DNA of 63,760 nucleotides, the filler included, from Stramenopiles sp. TOSAG23-6 (lineage: Eukaryota): the NCBI GenBank assembly GCA_900128565.1. It is 9 parts of 9 records of this genome, joined end to end, with 100 filler letters (N's around TTAATTAATTAA, not from the genome) between each part and the next. Parts side by side here need not be neighbours in the genome. Positions count along the whole stretch, not along the records: positions 11,685 to 23,231 come from LT636257.1; positions 23,332 to 34,752 come from LT636259.1; 7 more parts are not named here. One strand, written 5' to 3'. The position numbers and the translations under genes are program-made. The notes below the pieces were generated by a model. That model saw nothing but the letters and a program-made list of their open reading frames with translations. It was not told where the DNA came from and ran no database searches. Below are positions 12,398-24,999 of the stretch, in pieces; the stretch's first letter is position 1, and each line of letters opens with the position of its first letter.

Positions 12398-13820
12398 TTA
12401 CTCATTATTCGCCTTTGAAGTCCATGCAACAAGCCACTTTAAATTAGTAAGTAAATATTTTAACGCAAAAGTCCATTTTTGCCAGTCACCTAATTGAATT
12501 GAGTAGCCTCCTATTTTATAATCCTTAATTTGATACGGCATATGAATGGTACGATCAACACGTGCCGCATATCGACCAAGTTCATCAAGACAGGCAAGAA
12601 AAGCAACCATGTATGGTGAAAAAAAACTTTAAAAAAAAAATTGTTAGATACAAAATTTTCTTAGTACACTCAAATGAAGTACACAATTAATTAGGGTTAG
12701 GGTTAATGAAAACAAACATTCCTCGATTATATGCACTTTTACCACGCCAACCACCATCCCAATATAGAGGATTGTAGTTACGCTCATCACCAATACGACT
12801 CACTCTAGAATACGATCCTTTTGGTATAATTCTAAATTTGCTAAATTTAAAATTCAAATGACTTTTAGCAATAGTTGTCATTAGTACAGCTGCCTGACCC
12901 CAAGCCGCATTAATTTCAGCAAAATCCACAAGTTGTGTCGGAAGCCTACCTAATCTGAATGTGTTAATTGTACCAAATGGACCCGAATGCCATATATAAA
13001 AAGCATCATTATTTACATTCGTTCTTTTAAGTTGTAATAATTTTTCATCCAGGCGTTGCTCCTGAAGTACCAGTGACCTCAACTCTTGGGTATCACAATC
13101 CAATTGAAGTTCCCAGTTGCCTGTTTTTTCCCAATATTTTCTGGATGATATTTTTAGTTTTTTTGTCTTTAATTTTTCTATTCTTAATTCATTTTCAGTT
13201 TTCTCTACTTGTAGCGTTACTTGTGACACTTCTTTTTTCATTCGTTCCAATTCGAGTCGAAGTTCCGCCAGAGAGAAAGAAGAAAATTCCCGAGACTTTG
13301 TTTTTGTTTTTTCGTTCGATGCCTTTGCTATATTACATATAGTTGAACTGTTATCACTGATATCTACTTTCTCCAAAGATTTCATAAAGTTTAGATATAA
13401 ATCACGCTCAGCAAGAACTTCTTCCAACTCTTTTTTTACTCTTTCTTCTGAATTCATACTGCAGCGAGCACACAAAGGTTGACATTCCACGGGATCACTT
13501 GCTAATGGAGAACAAAACCTTGCCAGGCTACACAGAGCACTCAAGGAACTCTTGCTATCATAAGTCAAAGAATGTATCATATCATCAGAATCACTCCGTG
13601 TTGCGTTATGCTCTACAGTCCCATTATTCCCACTCGTTGAATCTTTCAAAGAGCCAGCCTGGACAAACTTCCGAAGAGCGCGGAATCGATCATTAAATGA
13701 TTCTTCAGGTGGTAATAGAACTAATGGGTAGCCGCAACATTGACAGGCAGGGTCCCAAGAGGATTTATCCCAAGCCACTTCAAAATCTACCGGTGGAACT
13801 ACTTTTTTTGAGTCAACCAT
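12398..13820 (-). CDS. ATG6: Beclin-1/Atg6; 2 exons
   Basis: QPLCARC, LKRTNVNNDAFYIWHSGPFGTINTFRLGRLP, EINAAWGQ, AFLACL, WTFALKYLLTNLKW. Confidence 0.95.
12609..12717 (-). other. GT-AT family intron (109 nt) containing a telomeric dimer
   Basis: at|GTTTGT...CACCATACAT|g restores YNRG-M-VAFLACL. Confidence 0.85.
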
Positions 13821-14276
13821 CTATATTACGTGGAATATTTCCTTCCTATAACTATAATACTCTCAGTTCTCAATATATTTCGAAGCAATACTTTTTGCTT
13901 TTTTTTGTCTAGATGAAGCAAAATGAGATATGGTCAATTGGGTTATTGAATTGAATCTAATCTCTAGACCAAATAATCATCTATAAAATATGCATAAAAT
14001 ATTTTCTGGTGATTCATGACCCGTGGAAGACTGGAAGAAGAATCATCTATAGGAATCGAATATGGCGGCGATGGCGCCACAACAACGCGATGATGACACG
14101 TCATCATCTGACTCGGTTTTCCGTTTTTTGTTTGAAAAGAACCGTGTCGTCCGTTGTCGATTTTTTGCTTGTGTTGTGTCTGTCTGTCAATAAAAAATAC
14201 TTGGAGGATACGTTTATTTCTATTGTATATTCATTGTAACATTTCCCTCTTTATTCTTTAATATAACTAATGTAAA

Positions 14277-15858
14277 ATGGCGTCCAAAGTTCTTGGAAAT
14301 AGTAGAGGTGTTGGTTCATTGTGGAATCCAAATTCGTACCACTGGGAAGAAACAAATCATACAAAGTTCTCTATACAACTTCTTGAACACCTTTTCAAGT
14401 CTATTTCAATTGACTGTGGCGACGCGACGTGTCACATAAAGGAGGTTAGATACGTACGCGGTGATTCAGCAGTCAACATTCGCCGAGGGAAAAAAATTGC
14501 AATATTTGAGTTTGAAGCCCAGTTGCGATGGGAAGGATACTCAAAGTTAACCAAGAAAAAAAGTAAAGGCACAGTTGATATACCTTCAATTGTCCCTGAA
14601 GATGTTGAAGATGACGAATTTGAAGTTCATATATCTGGTGACTCTGGACCAGCTGCTACACTCATGCGAGATAAAGGAAGACGTGCAATTTACGCGGCGG
14701 TCAGAAATTTTCTCAAACGTTTAATGAGTATTGGTAATGATCATGCTGCAATAATAGCAGACAAAAGTCGTCGCATTGAAGCAAAAAAAAAAACAGATGA
14801 AGCAATACAGTTAAAAGGTAAAGAAAAATTAGCAATTGAAGAAAAAATACGTCAACAGGAAGCAGAAATCCTTGGTGTGTCCTCAATGGAAACAGAACGA
14901 AAAGCCGCTCTCCTTCCTTTGAAAAAAACAGTGAAACAAAAAAGTAATCCTAATCCGACTACCATTAAACAAAAGAAAACCCTAACCCTATTACCACCAA
15001 CTCCACCTGAAAATTCTCAAGACATTGGTGATAAAATCTCTACAATTTCGATAGAAAATAAAGCTTTTGTAGCTGCTCATTCGGCTGAATCCGCTGCAAG
15101 TAAATTAATAAATCCATCTCCACTTTTTGCAACCAAAATATCTCAAATTTCCCCAACAGAAAAAACAGAAAAAACAGAAAAATCATTTCAGCTTGTACAT
15201 TTTCAAAATTAAATTTCAAATTATTTTTTTTTCATAGTAAATTTTGTACCTAACAAAATATTTTACAAAACAAAAAAACAAATATTTTTTTCCAATACAT
15301 GGAAGTCAGTGGAATGAAAGAAGTTTTCATTGGGAAAATGCCGATATCACAAAATGGGCTATTCAGACATTAAGAAAAAAAATTTGTAATATATCAAGCC
15401 CTAACCCTAGTCAAATATCAGTCACAAAAATTGAGAAATTGGAAGGTACAGCAGAATTTGCCTCAAGAAAAGGAAAACAAATAGTTTTATTTGAGTTTAT
15501 TATAGAAGCCAGTTGGAACGGGAAATTATGTGATGGTAGTGGAAATATACTCGTTTCTACAAATGGAACACTTACCTGGAGAGAGTGTGCCCCAGACAAT
15601 TTAGATCCAGACGATATCCATATAAAATTTTGCAGTGAAAATTCTTCAAATGCTATAAAACGGCTAGAAAATATCGCTTCTGTAAAATTACGCGCTAGTT
15701 TGTTACGTTGTGTTTGTGAATTAGAAAAAGATATGTATTTTGAATTTTTTTTTCAATTTCGAATTTATTTTTCGTACGAAAATTCGTACCTAACGATTTT
15801 TTTTTGAAATATTTTTCCAAAATACATACGTAATGGGAAATTTAGGATCTCTGAGTAA
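14277..15858 (+). CDS. Protein with two Aha1 N-terminal (Hsp90 activator) domains; 3 exons
   Basis: WNPNSYHWEE...RRGKKIAIFEF and WNERSFHWE...RKGKQIVLFEF; introns 15195-15300 and 15735-15827. Confidence 0.8.
15195..15300 (+). other. GT-AT family intron (106 nt)
   Basis: ctt|GTACAT...TCCAATACAT|gga gives FQL-GSQWNERSFHWE. Confidence 0.85.
15735..15827 (+). other. GT-AT family intron (93 nt)
   Basis: Full consensus; splicing gives LEKD-I-RNGKFRISE*. Confidence 0.7.
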
Positions 15859-15959
15859 ATTTCCTAAAAAGATCAGATCGCGCTCGCTCCTGTAAAAATG
15901 GAGCGATATAAACCGGTAATTTCGAAATTTCTATTCAAATTCTTTAGGCGCCATTTGTA

Positions 15960-16845
15960 ATGCAGATGAGCATTATATTATGTACATTGGGATTCTTCGT
16001 GTCTCAAGTGAATTCAGGTGATGTGTTCAAGCCAATTAGTGCACCTAACCTTAATGGACCTTACTTGCGGAGTCAAACTCCTCATGCACCTTCAACGGGT
16101 AAATTTCCAACGTCCTTCAGTGAATACCCTAAAGGAGCAGAATATTTTGATATATATTCTCCAAATATCACGTCCTTATATTCGCAAGTATTTTGGAAAG
16201 GTTTAGCTCCTGTTTCCCTTCCAGATGAAATTGTGGCCCGATATGCTGGCAAGGGGATGGCAGTCATTGGCTTTGAGATGGACCAGGTCCGAAGAGGTTT
16301 CGACGGAGAACCAGACGTGAGTGTACCTATAACTGTAGCTTATAATCACCATTTTGAGAGTGTAATGATTGGTTCAAAAAATGAATTCAAATTTGCGGAA
16401 TTTGATAGTCCTGAAGATCCACGATTACAAGAAATAAAATCCAGTAGAATGGGTGGACACGGATTACCAAGTGAGAAACACGCGTGGATAGTTGAGAAGA
16501 ATGAGGATGAGATACCATCAACTTTACCTACAAAACAAAACTTTGGTGGTGCTAATGGTGGTGAATATCGATTATCATATCATGGATATGCTCCTGGTTT
16601 TGTCCAAGTGATTGAAAGTCCGCACTCATTCCAAATTACACCAATGCAAATTGATACTTGGGAAAGAGATAAAATGCCTATTTCAGGTCCGGCTCCATTT
16701 GTGTCTGGTCCAGTACCACGGAATAATCTGGCTCCAACAACAGGCCCAGATGCTTTATATTCTGGGTTACTTGAATGTCCTGTGACTACACGTATTTCTA
16801 AAGTGATTCATGGAAAATATTTACTTTTGTCAGCTGGTCCTTCTT
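15960..16845 (+). CDS. Secreted hypothetical protein, first exon; continuation probably lost by a mis-join inside the following intron
   Basis: Signal peptide and a long ORF with YNHHF; splicing to the next acceptor gives a stop within 3 codons. Confidence 0.6.
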
Positions 16846-16937
16846 GTATGTTTTATATGAATTTTTTTTTCAATTTTTTTTCATACGAAATTTCGTACCT
16901 AACGAATTTTTTTTTGAAATATTTTTTCACAATCCAT

Positions 16938-17108
16938 CAACCGTCTAAGAGAGCATTACAATATTTAGCAAGAAAAAAAAAACAACAAAAAAAAAGGAAA
17001 GAACTACAAGATACTGTATTTTTTCATCATTCATTTTAATTTAAATTTAAATTTACATTTAAAAAAATTAAATTTTTTTTTTTTTTATTTTATAAAAAAT
17101 TTTTACCT

Positions 17109-17139
<31 letters not shown>

Positions 17140-20100
17140 CAATATTGTCCAAAATATATATGTACCAAAATGTTATATTTAATGCAAATCTTGAAAATTC
17201 TCAATTATGCCATCAAAATTTTAATTCATTTACCGACGGTAGTTTTGTAGCAAATAAGCATAGGCTGGACACACTAAATGATCAACGCGTACGTCATTAT
17301 ATTTATTTTTTTTAAGTACGATATTTTGTACCTAATTTTTAAATTTTATTTACATTTTTTTACATTTTTATACGAAATTTTTTTAAATTTTTTTAAAATT
17401 TTTTAAAATTATTATATTTTAAATATCAATCGAAAATTTTTTTAAAATTTTTATATATTTTGTATATTTCTTTACAGAATATATTTTATCAGATAAAGAT
17501 ATGATTGAAATACAACAATTAAAAGCAGAAGAACGAGAACGAGAAAAAATTTGTAGGTTTAAAAAAAAAAAATCGTACGAAATTTTGTACCTAATGATTT
17601 TTTTTTAAAACCCTAACCCTAACCTAACCTAATACATAAATGAACAATACAGTAGCTCAAGCGTTAAAAGATGCTCATAATAAGCATATTTGTCGTATAC
17701 GTGCTCAGCGAATTCGAGGTAAAACTTCTGGTGAACGAAATTGTTTTTTAGGTATTTTAATTTTTTTCATACGAAATTTTGTACCTAACATTTTTTTTTC
17801 AAATTTTCAATTTTAAAATGATTCTAGAAAATGTTTTTTTATTTCTACAATAATAATTTTTTATTTTTGTACAAATTTAAATGTAAATTTAAATTTAAAA
17901 TTCATTTAAAAAAAAAATTGAAATATGTCAAACCATTGCAGGTATATCAAAAGATGGTTCTGGACAAACCTGGCAGAGTCTTTCTGAAACACGAAATCAA
18001 CAAAAACGAAATCAACGAAAGTATAGGTACAATCATAATAATAACACACCTAAATTTTTTAGACAAACGAAATCTTCATTATTAAGACAAAAACGATACC
18101 AAAATGACCAAAATAACAAAGAAATGACGTCACTGTTGATGTCTCACAGCAGGTCTGTCAAAAAAAATCCAAACTCATCACGAAATACTAAAAAAACTCC
18201 AAAAACGTTACGTAAAAAATTACGTAGAAAGAAAAATGAAGAAGAAACAAATACAACAAATACAACAAATACAACAAATACATCGTTTTGGTATAAGCAG
18301 CGAAACACAAAAATAAGTGAAAGTGAAAAATCTGTAAATTTTAGAAAAAAATATGAAACTTTTTTGAATTCTGAAAAAAATTTTGAAAAAAATTTTGATA
18401 ATAATTTTGATAATAATATTGAGGAAAGACCTCAATGGTCTCTTAGTAAAAATAATATGAAAAAAGTATCCTATAGTAGACCTCATATGGCTCCTGAGCG
18501 TGACACAAATGAAATTTTGGGTATACAACAAAATGATTCCAATTATTCTGGAGATGTGCGTTAAAAAAAAAAAAAAAAAAAAAATTTCATACGAAAATTT
18601 TGTACCTAACCAATTTTTTTATTATTCAAAAAAAAAATATTTTTCACTCTATACAATGTAAATATTACAGAACGTCATAATAGCGACATCAAAGTATTTA
18701 CTGCTCCAATGGGTGATTCTACAACTGGTACAACAAATTCATATAAAAATATAAAAAAGTCAAAAAATAATAATTTTGGACAAAATGATAATTCAACAAT
18801 TTTGTATGAAAATTTTGTACCTAAGGAAAGTTTTCCCGATAAACACGAATTCTTGAATGGTTTAGAAGAGTCTCTTGAATCTATTGATCATGATGTAAAC
18901 CCTAACCCTAATGAAAGTTGGGTCTTTCATTCAGATGTACTAGATGGATTACACGAAATATCAAAAGAAGAAGAATTTGTAGAAAACCCTAACCCTAACA
19001 AAAATATTCAGACTACAAATGACTCATTACACGAAATATCAAAACAAGAAGAATTTGTAGAAAACCCTAACCCTAACAAAAATAATCTGACTACAAATGA
19101 CTCATTACACGAAATATCAAAACAAGAAGAAATCGTTGAACATTTGAGTGAGTTTTTTTTCAAAATATTTTTGAAAAACCTTGAAAAAAAAAATTCGTAC
19201 ATAATTTTGTACCTAACGATTTTTTTTTTCAAAAATATTTTTTCACAATGAATTCTCGAAATCATCAAAAATTGATATGAATATGAAAATATGGCAAAAA
19301 GTGATTGATACTGCAAAGAACAATACTAGTGGTAGACCGGGTAACGTATTCTTAGAAGACATCTCCAAAGAAAATATTGATTTTACAATGATTACAGAAT
19401 TATTACAATTACAAAACAATTTTCATACAAAAAAATATACACCTACCCGTACGTTGTTTATATACAAAATTTTGTAAAGAAAAAAAAAAAAATCTAAAAT
19501 TTTTTTTCATACAAATTTTCATACCTAACATTTAAAAAAAAAAATCTAAAAAAAATCTAAAAAAAAATTTTTNATACAATATTTCATACCTAACATTAAA
19601 AAAAAATTGTATATATATTATATACTCTTTAGGTATTTTACGCATCAATCATCCATACGAGCAAAATATCATTGGATCTTCAGAATCGACTTCAATTATT
19701 GAGTTACAAAACAAAACAAATCATAATGATATTCAAATGTTATTTTATGGTGGAGATAGTGAGGAGTTGACATCTATTGCGAGATTTGGTTTTTCATCAT
19801 TACACGAAAAACACGAAATGTCTACTAACCCTAACCCTAGTCACCCACAAAATGGTGATGCTTCTATAATTATCTGTTCTGATGATATCAATATTGCTGA
19901 TCAATTTCATAAATCATTACCAGAGACTCATTCTGTTGCATTACCTGGCCATTGGAAAGGTATAAAATTAACTGCCACGTGGCGAACACTATTAGTCGCT
20001 GTTGCGCCTGGTGAAATTGTAGACACAAACCCTAACCCTAGCTATACAAAAGGTTTAAAAGGTGTAAAAAAATGTATAGAAAAAAATGACTTGACGAATG

Positions 20101-20381
20101 TACAGTATATAATAAAGAATCTTGGAAGCCAAACAAATAAAACCAAAAATATAATGCAAAAAATAAAAAAAGCAGGATATAATTCTATTAAAGTTGATTT
20201 GTTGAATAATGATGAAAATGATAAAAAAACTGAAAACCCTAACCCTAGTACTGAAACATTTGAACATAATGAATCAAAACAAAATCAAATTAAAGAGAGT
20301 AGATTTTTTTTAGATGTAAAAGACAAATGTGTGTTACCTTGTTTTTTGATTGAATATGAATATAATTGTATGTTTAATTGA
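16938..20381 (+). CDS. Multi-exon low-complexity protein with C-terminal PARP-catalytic-like domain
   Basis: Frames joined by introns 17016-17159, 17289-17482, 17752-17941 (AG), 18556-18654, 19148-19253, 19449-19632 (AG); junction near 17553-17637 unresolved; MLFYGG..IARFGF...LLVAVAPG...VLPCFLIEY resembles the PARP fold. Confidence 0.5.
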
Positions 20382-20717
20382 TTTTTTTACAATAAAGAAA
20401 AAACTGCACTCTATATACTAATAAATTGATAAATTGGTCGTTATATAAAATTCTAACTATATTGACTTTTTGATCAATCTCAATACTTTTACTAATATAT
20501 CATCATTGTAATTACTTCAATACATACAAAATTTTACACACTAAAAACATCAAGTAGTATACATTTTTATATACTTTTTTGTTTTTTTGAAGAATTATTT
20601 TAGGATTTTAGGATTTTAGGATTGGAATGCGTCTACTCTACAAACAAATGGACATTCAGTAAAAGTATCATATCCACGTGAATTGAGAGAGATGACTCCA
20701 TCGTTGTTCGTTGATAA

Positions 20718-21236
20718 TTAATTATCTTTGTGTTGAGTTTGCGTTTTTATTTTTTTCTTCTTCTTTTTTTTTTTTTTTCGTTTTTTATGTTGTCGCGTTT
20801 CAGTGCTTTCATCGATAGTACTGTATTTTCGCTTCTTTTCTTCATTGCTATGTTTTCGTTTTTTCTTTTTTCGTTTTTTCTTTTTTGTATAAATTTGACT
20901 CATTTCCGGTTTAATTCCTAAAATTTGCTCCACTGTACTCATATCCGGAACACAATTGATACCTTGTTTCTGAAGTAATGTTGTAACTTCCATATGTGAT
21001 CGTGCAGTCTTTGGACCACGGCGAGAAATTCTCTCAGTGCTTGCTACATAGTGCCAGCTCTCTGGAAACGGAAGACAACTCACAAGATTCACCTGTGGTG
21101 TTCTTGTTTTGACAAGTGGTGTTCTAGGAGTAGGTATCTGTTGTAAAGACACACTTGTATCATCAATTAATAAAGAAGGAGAACAACATGATAAAAGGGT
21201 TCTGATTGCACCTCGAGATGTTGCTACACTACACAT
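20718..21236 (-). CDS. Hypothetical protein with Lys-rich C-terminus
   Basis: 172-aa ORF with coding-like composition; no family recognised. Confidence 0.5.
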   Translation of the reverse strand: MCSVATSRGAIRTLLSCCSPSLLIDDTSVSLQQIPTPRTPLVKTRTPQVNLVSCLPFPESWHYVASTERISRRGPKTARSHMEVTTLLQKQGINCVPDMSTVEQILGIKPEMSQIYTKKKKRKKKKRKHSNEEKKRKYSTIDESTETRQHKKRKKKKKKKKKIKTQTQHKDN

Positions 21237-21748
21237 TGTACTAGAAAATATTAAATAGGACGAATAATTGGGAAATCAACGTTCTCCTATTAATTAGCCA
21301 ACGTTTTATACAATGTACGCTTAAATACGTCGTTCTCTTTTTTTTTGATGTGCGATTACAAAATAAGTACAACGTACAACGTGCGATGTAATATTCTTAT
21401 TTACTAATAGATACAAATGTTATTTGTTTACTAATCGACTCTTCTTGCTCTTTTCAATACTAAAAGTAAGGTGGAAGGAGCATTAGATACGTATACTATT
21501 GCTATTTGCGTGACACTGATAAAATAGCGCAAAAATAGTGAAATGAGTGACGTCAAACACGAAAAACAAGAGTTTGGTTTTTGTAACTGTTTTTTTTGAG
21601 GTCTTCATCCTTGGAAGGAGGTCAAAAAAAAAAAAGTGAACTATTTTCAGTTTGGTTTTTTTACACATACAAAATTGTATGCGTTGAATTATATGTCATG
21701 GACGACTTTTATACCACTGGTAATATACACAAGTAAATATCTTCAAGT

Positions 21749-23150
21749 ATGTATATAATGTTAAATATACAACTTCTGCTTGGTGTATTCCTCGTATTAA
21801 ACATCACTACAATAAAAACAATAGTAGATGCGACGTGTAGTGATTGTTCTTGTTACCCATACTGTATGCCGTGGGAGGAATCACGGCCATATTATAATCG
21901 AAACCCACAAACAATTAACAAATATATGGGTACGTTTACTAATTATGGTTCAAATCTCACCGAAATAGTGAAACAAGTCCTCATTCTTCCTTATATTGTA
22001 CCAATAGAACCTGTGTCATCAATGACTGAAGACGATTGGCTAACTCATTATTTATCACTCCAAGGCATAGATATCTCATTACGACTTGGTGAGCTTAGCA
22101 ATGATGATATCACAGCACGAACAGAATTGCGTAATAAATACATTACAATGTATTCAAATGATACCAAAATGAAGTCTGGATTTTTAGATAAAAATGATGC
22201 CGGTGCAGATTGGAACGTTTCTCCTATTTTACCCAATCTTTTGTATAATTCTACTTTTGTATACGGAATGGCTAATTTTAAAGCAGGGCAATGTGTGCAA
22301 AATCAAAATTGTGGTGAAATAACAGATAGAAAATCAGATAATGATTTTATTGATGGTTACATTGTTGATAGTATGTTTTTATTATATATTTTTTTTATTT
22401 TTTTTTTTTTTTTTACAAATGTAAAACTAACATTTTTTTTTTTTGTATGATATTTTTTTACATTTCATGTGATATAACTGTAGCTAAAATAGATTCAAAT
22501 ACGGGAGACATTATTAATATATGGCAGTATGGTTCACCACAGAATGATATAGCAGTAGCTATTCTTGCAGATTCAGGGGTATCAAATCGAACAAAAAATA
22601 ACTCTGACAAAAATGATATAAAAAATATGTATGTTTTATTTTTTTTTTTTTTTACCGAAAAAAAAAAATCAATTTTTTTTTTCATACGAAATTTTGTACC
22701 TAACAAATTTTTTTTTTATAGAAAAATTTTGAAATATTTTTCCAAAATACATAGATAACGAAAATACAAATAGACCTCTACGTTCATGGGATTTTGATTG
22801 GCAAAATAATTTAGTATGGATTTTTGGTACAACAGAATCTCCACGTATGTATGTTTTAATTTTTTTTTTACTATGATTTTTTTTTTTATAAAAATTTTGT
22901 ACCTAACGAATTTTTTTTTCAAATATTTTTCCAAAAGTCAATTGCACCAACTTTTTTTGAAAAGGGTCAAAAACCTACGAAAATTGAACGGAGTAAAGGG
23001 CGTCCAAAAGGGAATAATAATCACAATGGATGTAATATTCCTTTTGATCCAAATCCTCTTGTTACTCATGATGATTTATTATATAAAGTTAAAAATGGGG
23101 AAAATCCAGGAACAATGGTTGATATTGAAACAGACATGGGAAATGTCTAT
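21749..23150 (+). CDS. Secreted SBBP-like beta-propeller protein; multi-exon, truncated by contig end
   Basis: Signal peptide; DITVAKIDSNTG...WQYGSPQNDIAVAI and VWIFGTT after introns 22371-22468, 22629-22752 and ~22845-22941. Confidence 0.65.
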
Positions 23151-23176
23151 GTATGTTTTATTTTTTTTTTTGTATG

Positions 23177-23231
<55 letters not shown>

Positions 23232-23331
23232 NNNNNNNNNNNNNNNNNNNNNNNNNNNNNNNNNNNNNNNNNNNNTTAATTAATTAANNNNNNNNNNNNN
23301 NNNNNNNNNNNNNNNNNNNNNNNNNNNNNNN

Positions 23332-24559
23332 CTGAAGCACCCACAAAATTTATTCCTTTTTTATTATTACTATTATATTCTTTTTTGTGATTGTTGCTTA
23401 TACCATTTTCTCTAAATATTGTTTTACTTTGAGCGACAGAAGATTTTTTCGTAGTATCAACATAATCACTTGCAAATCTTTGGTATTTATGATTATTAGG
23501 GTTAGGGTTATCAACATAATCACTTGCAAATCTTTGGTATTTATGATTATTTTTCATTGGCCCTTCCACACTCATCTTCCATCCTTTTTCGAAAAGCATC
23601 TGATTGACTCTTGAGTCTTCACACATGGAGCTGTTATTAGCACTGTTGCATGAAGTTTGCTGAAACGAATCAGTTTTCTCATTTTCAGAACACTTTGAAT
23701 TTTTGACACTTTTTCTATAATTACTATCAATCGGAGGAATGTCGTTTTCTTCGCACAAATTTATAGGCTGATTTGAACTAATTCTGTGAACTACTGTTGT
23801 TGGTACTGAATGTACTGCAACTTCATCATCTAAAATAACCGTGTTTCGTGTTTCGTTCTTCATGCTGGATATTTTTTCCACATTTATTTTCTCGGAAGTT
23901 TCCTTTGTGATTTTACCTTTTTTCGACCCGGATAAAATAGGATTTAAAAATGTAAATGGATTTTCACTGCTTATACTATCATTACATACACTATCATTAC
24001 TATCGGTAGTTGTATTTTTTTCCACGTCAGGGACACTATTGTCGGCAACAATGACGGGAGAATTGATAGGATCTGAAAATCTATCAAGAGTTTCCATAAA
24101 CGAGCAAGCTTCAATTGGCTGAATACTATCTGGAACAGCAACTACACATACACCTGCTTTACCATTTACTGTAGTATTATCTTTAAATCGAACGACGCAA
24201 TTCACAACACTAGTAGGGGTCAAAGCAACAGGTGCTGATGGAGGCTTCTCACGCAGAACTTCTACTTTTCTAGGTATATGGATATCTACCATCTGGTTCC
24301 GTGGAAGAGTCGTAGAACAAACAACTGGACTAGTAATGACTTCAGAAGTAACATCATTCTTTGCAGAATCATATATAGTTTCAAAATGATCATTTTTCGT
24401 TTGAACAAAAGGAGTTGTTGGGTTTGTTCTCATCGGCTGAGGAGTCGACTCTAGGGAATGTCTATTCACTCCTATTGGTGAAATACTATAACTTCGTCCA
24501 GAATCAGTTCGCTCAAACGAGAAACCCTCATCAGCCGTAACATTTACATAAGATTCCAT
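23332..24559 (-). CDS. Hypothetical S/N/T-rich protein, truncated by contig end
   Basis: >400-codon ORF; internal duplicate NNHKYQRFASDYVD. Confidence 0.6.
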
Positions 24560-24999
24560 TGCAATATACTCACCTTAACATTTAAAAGATGGATATCAAA
24601 ATTCAAGAACAAGCAAAAACGATATACGTCTGATGGTGATCCCTGTTGTTTCTCCCTATCACTCTCTCTACCGGTCACTCATGTGAAGCCACACTGAATC
24701 TACTGTTTTTGTACCAAATTTTGTACCAAAATTTAATCTAGAATTTTTTGCAAGCATCATCATCTGATGGCTGGGTTCTGGGTACCACATATTTTCAATA
24801 CCAGGTAGACCTCTCACTTACCACACAAACATTCCTCCTACGTTGACTAAAAGTTCATATGAAAAAGGACCTCGCGCGGATTAACTCTGTATTATTCAAT
24901 AGACTATATTTTTCCAGTATCTGTAGACACTACTACACAACAGGCTGAAAATTTCAGATTGCATCATTATTCGGTTTAATATCGTGTGTTGTTTGAGTA

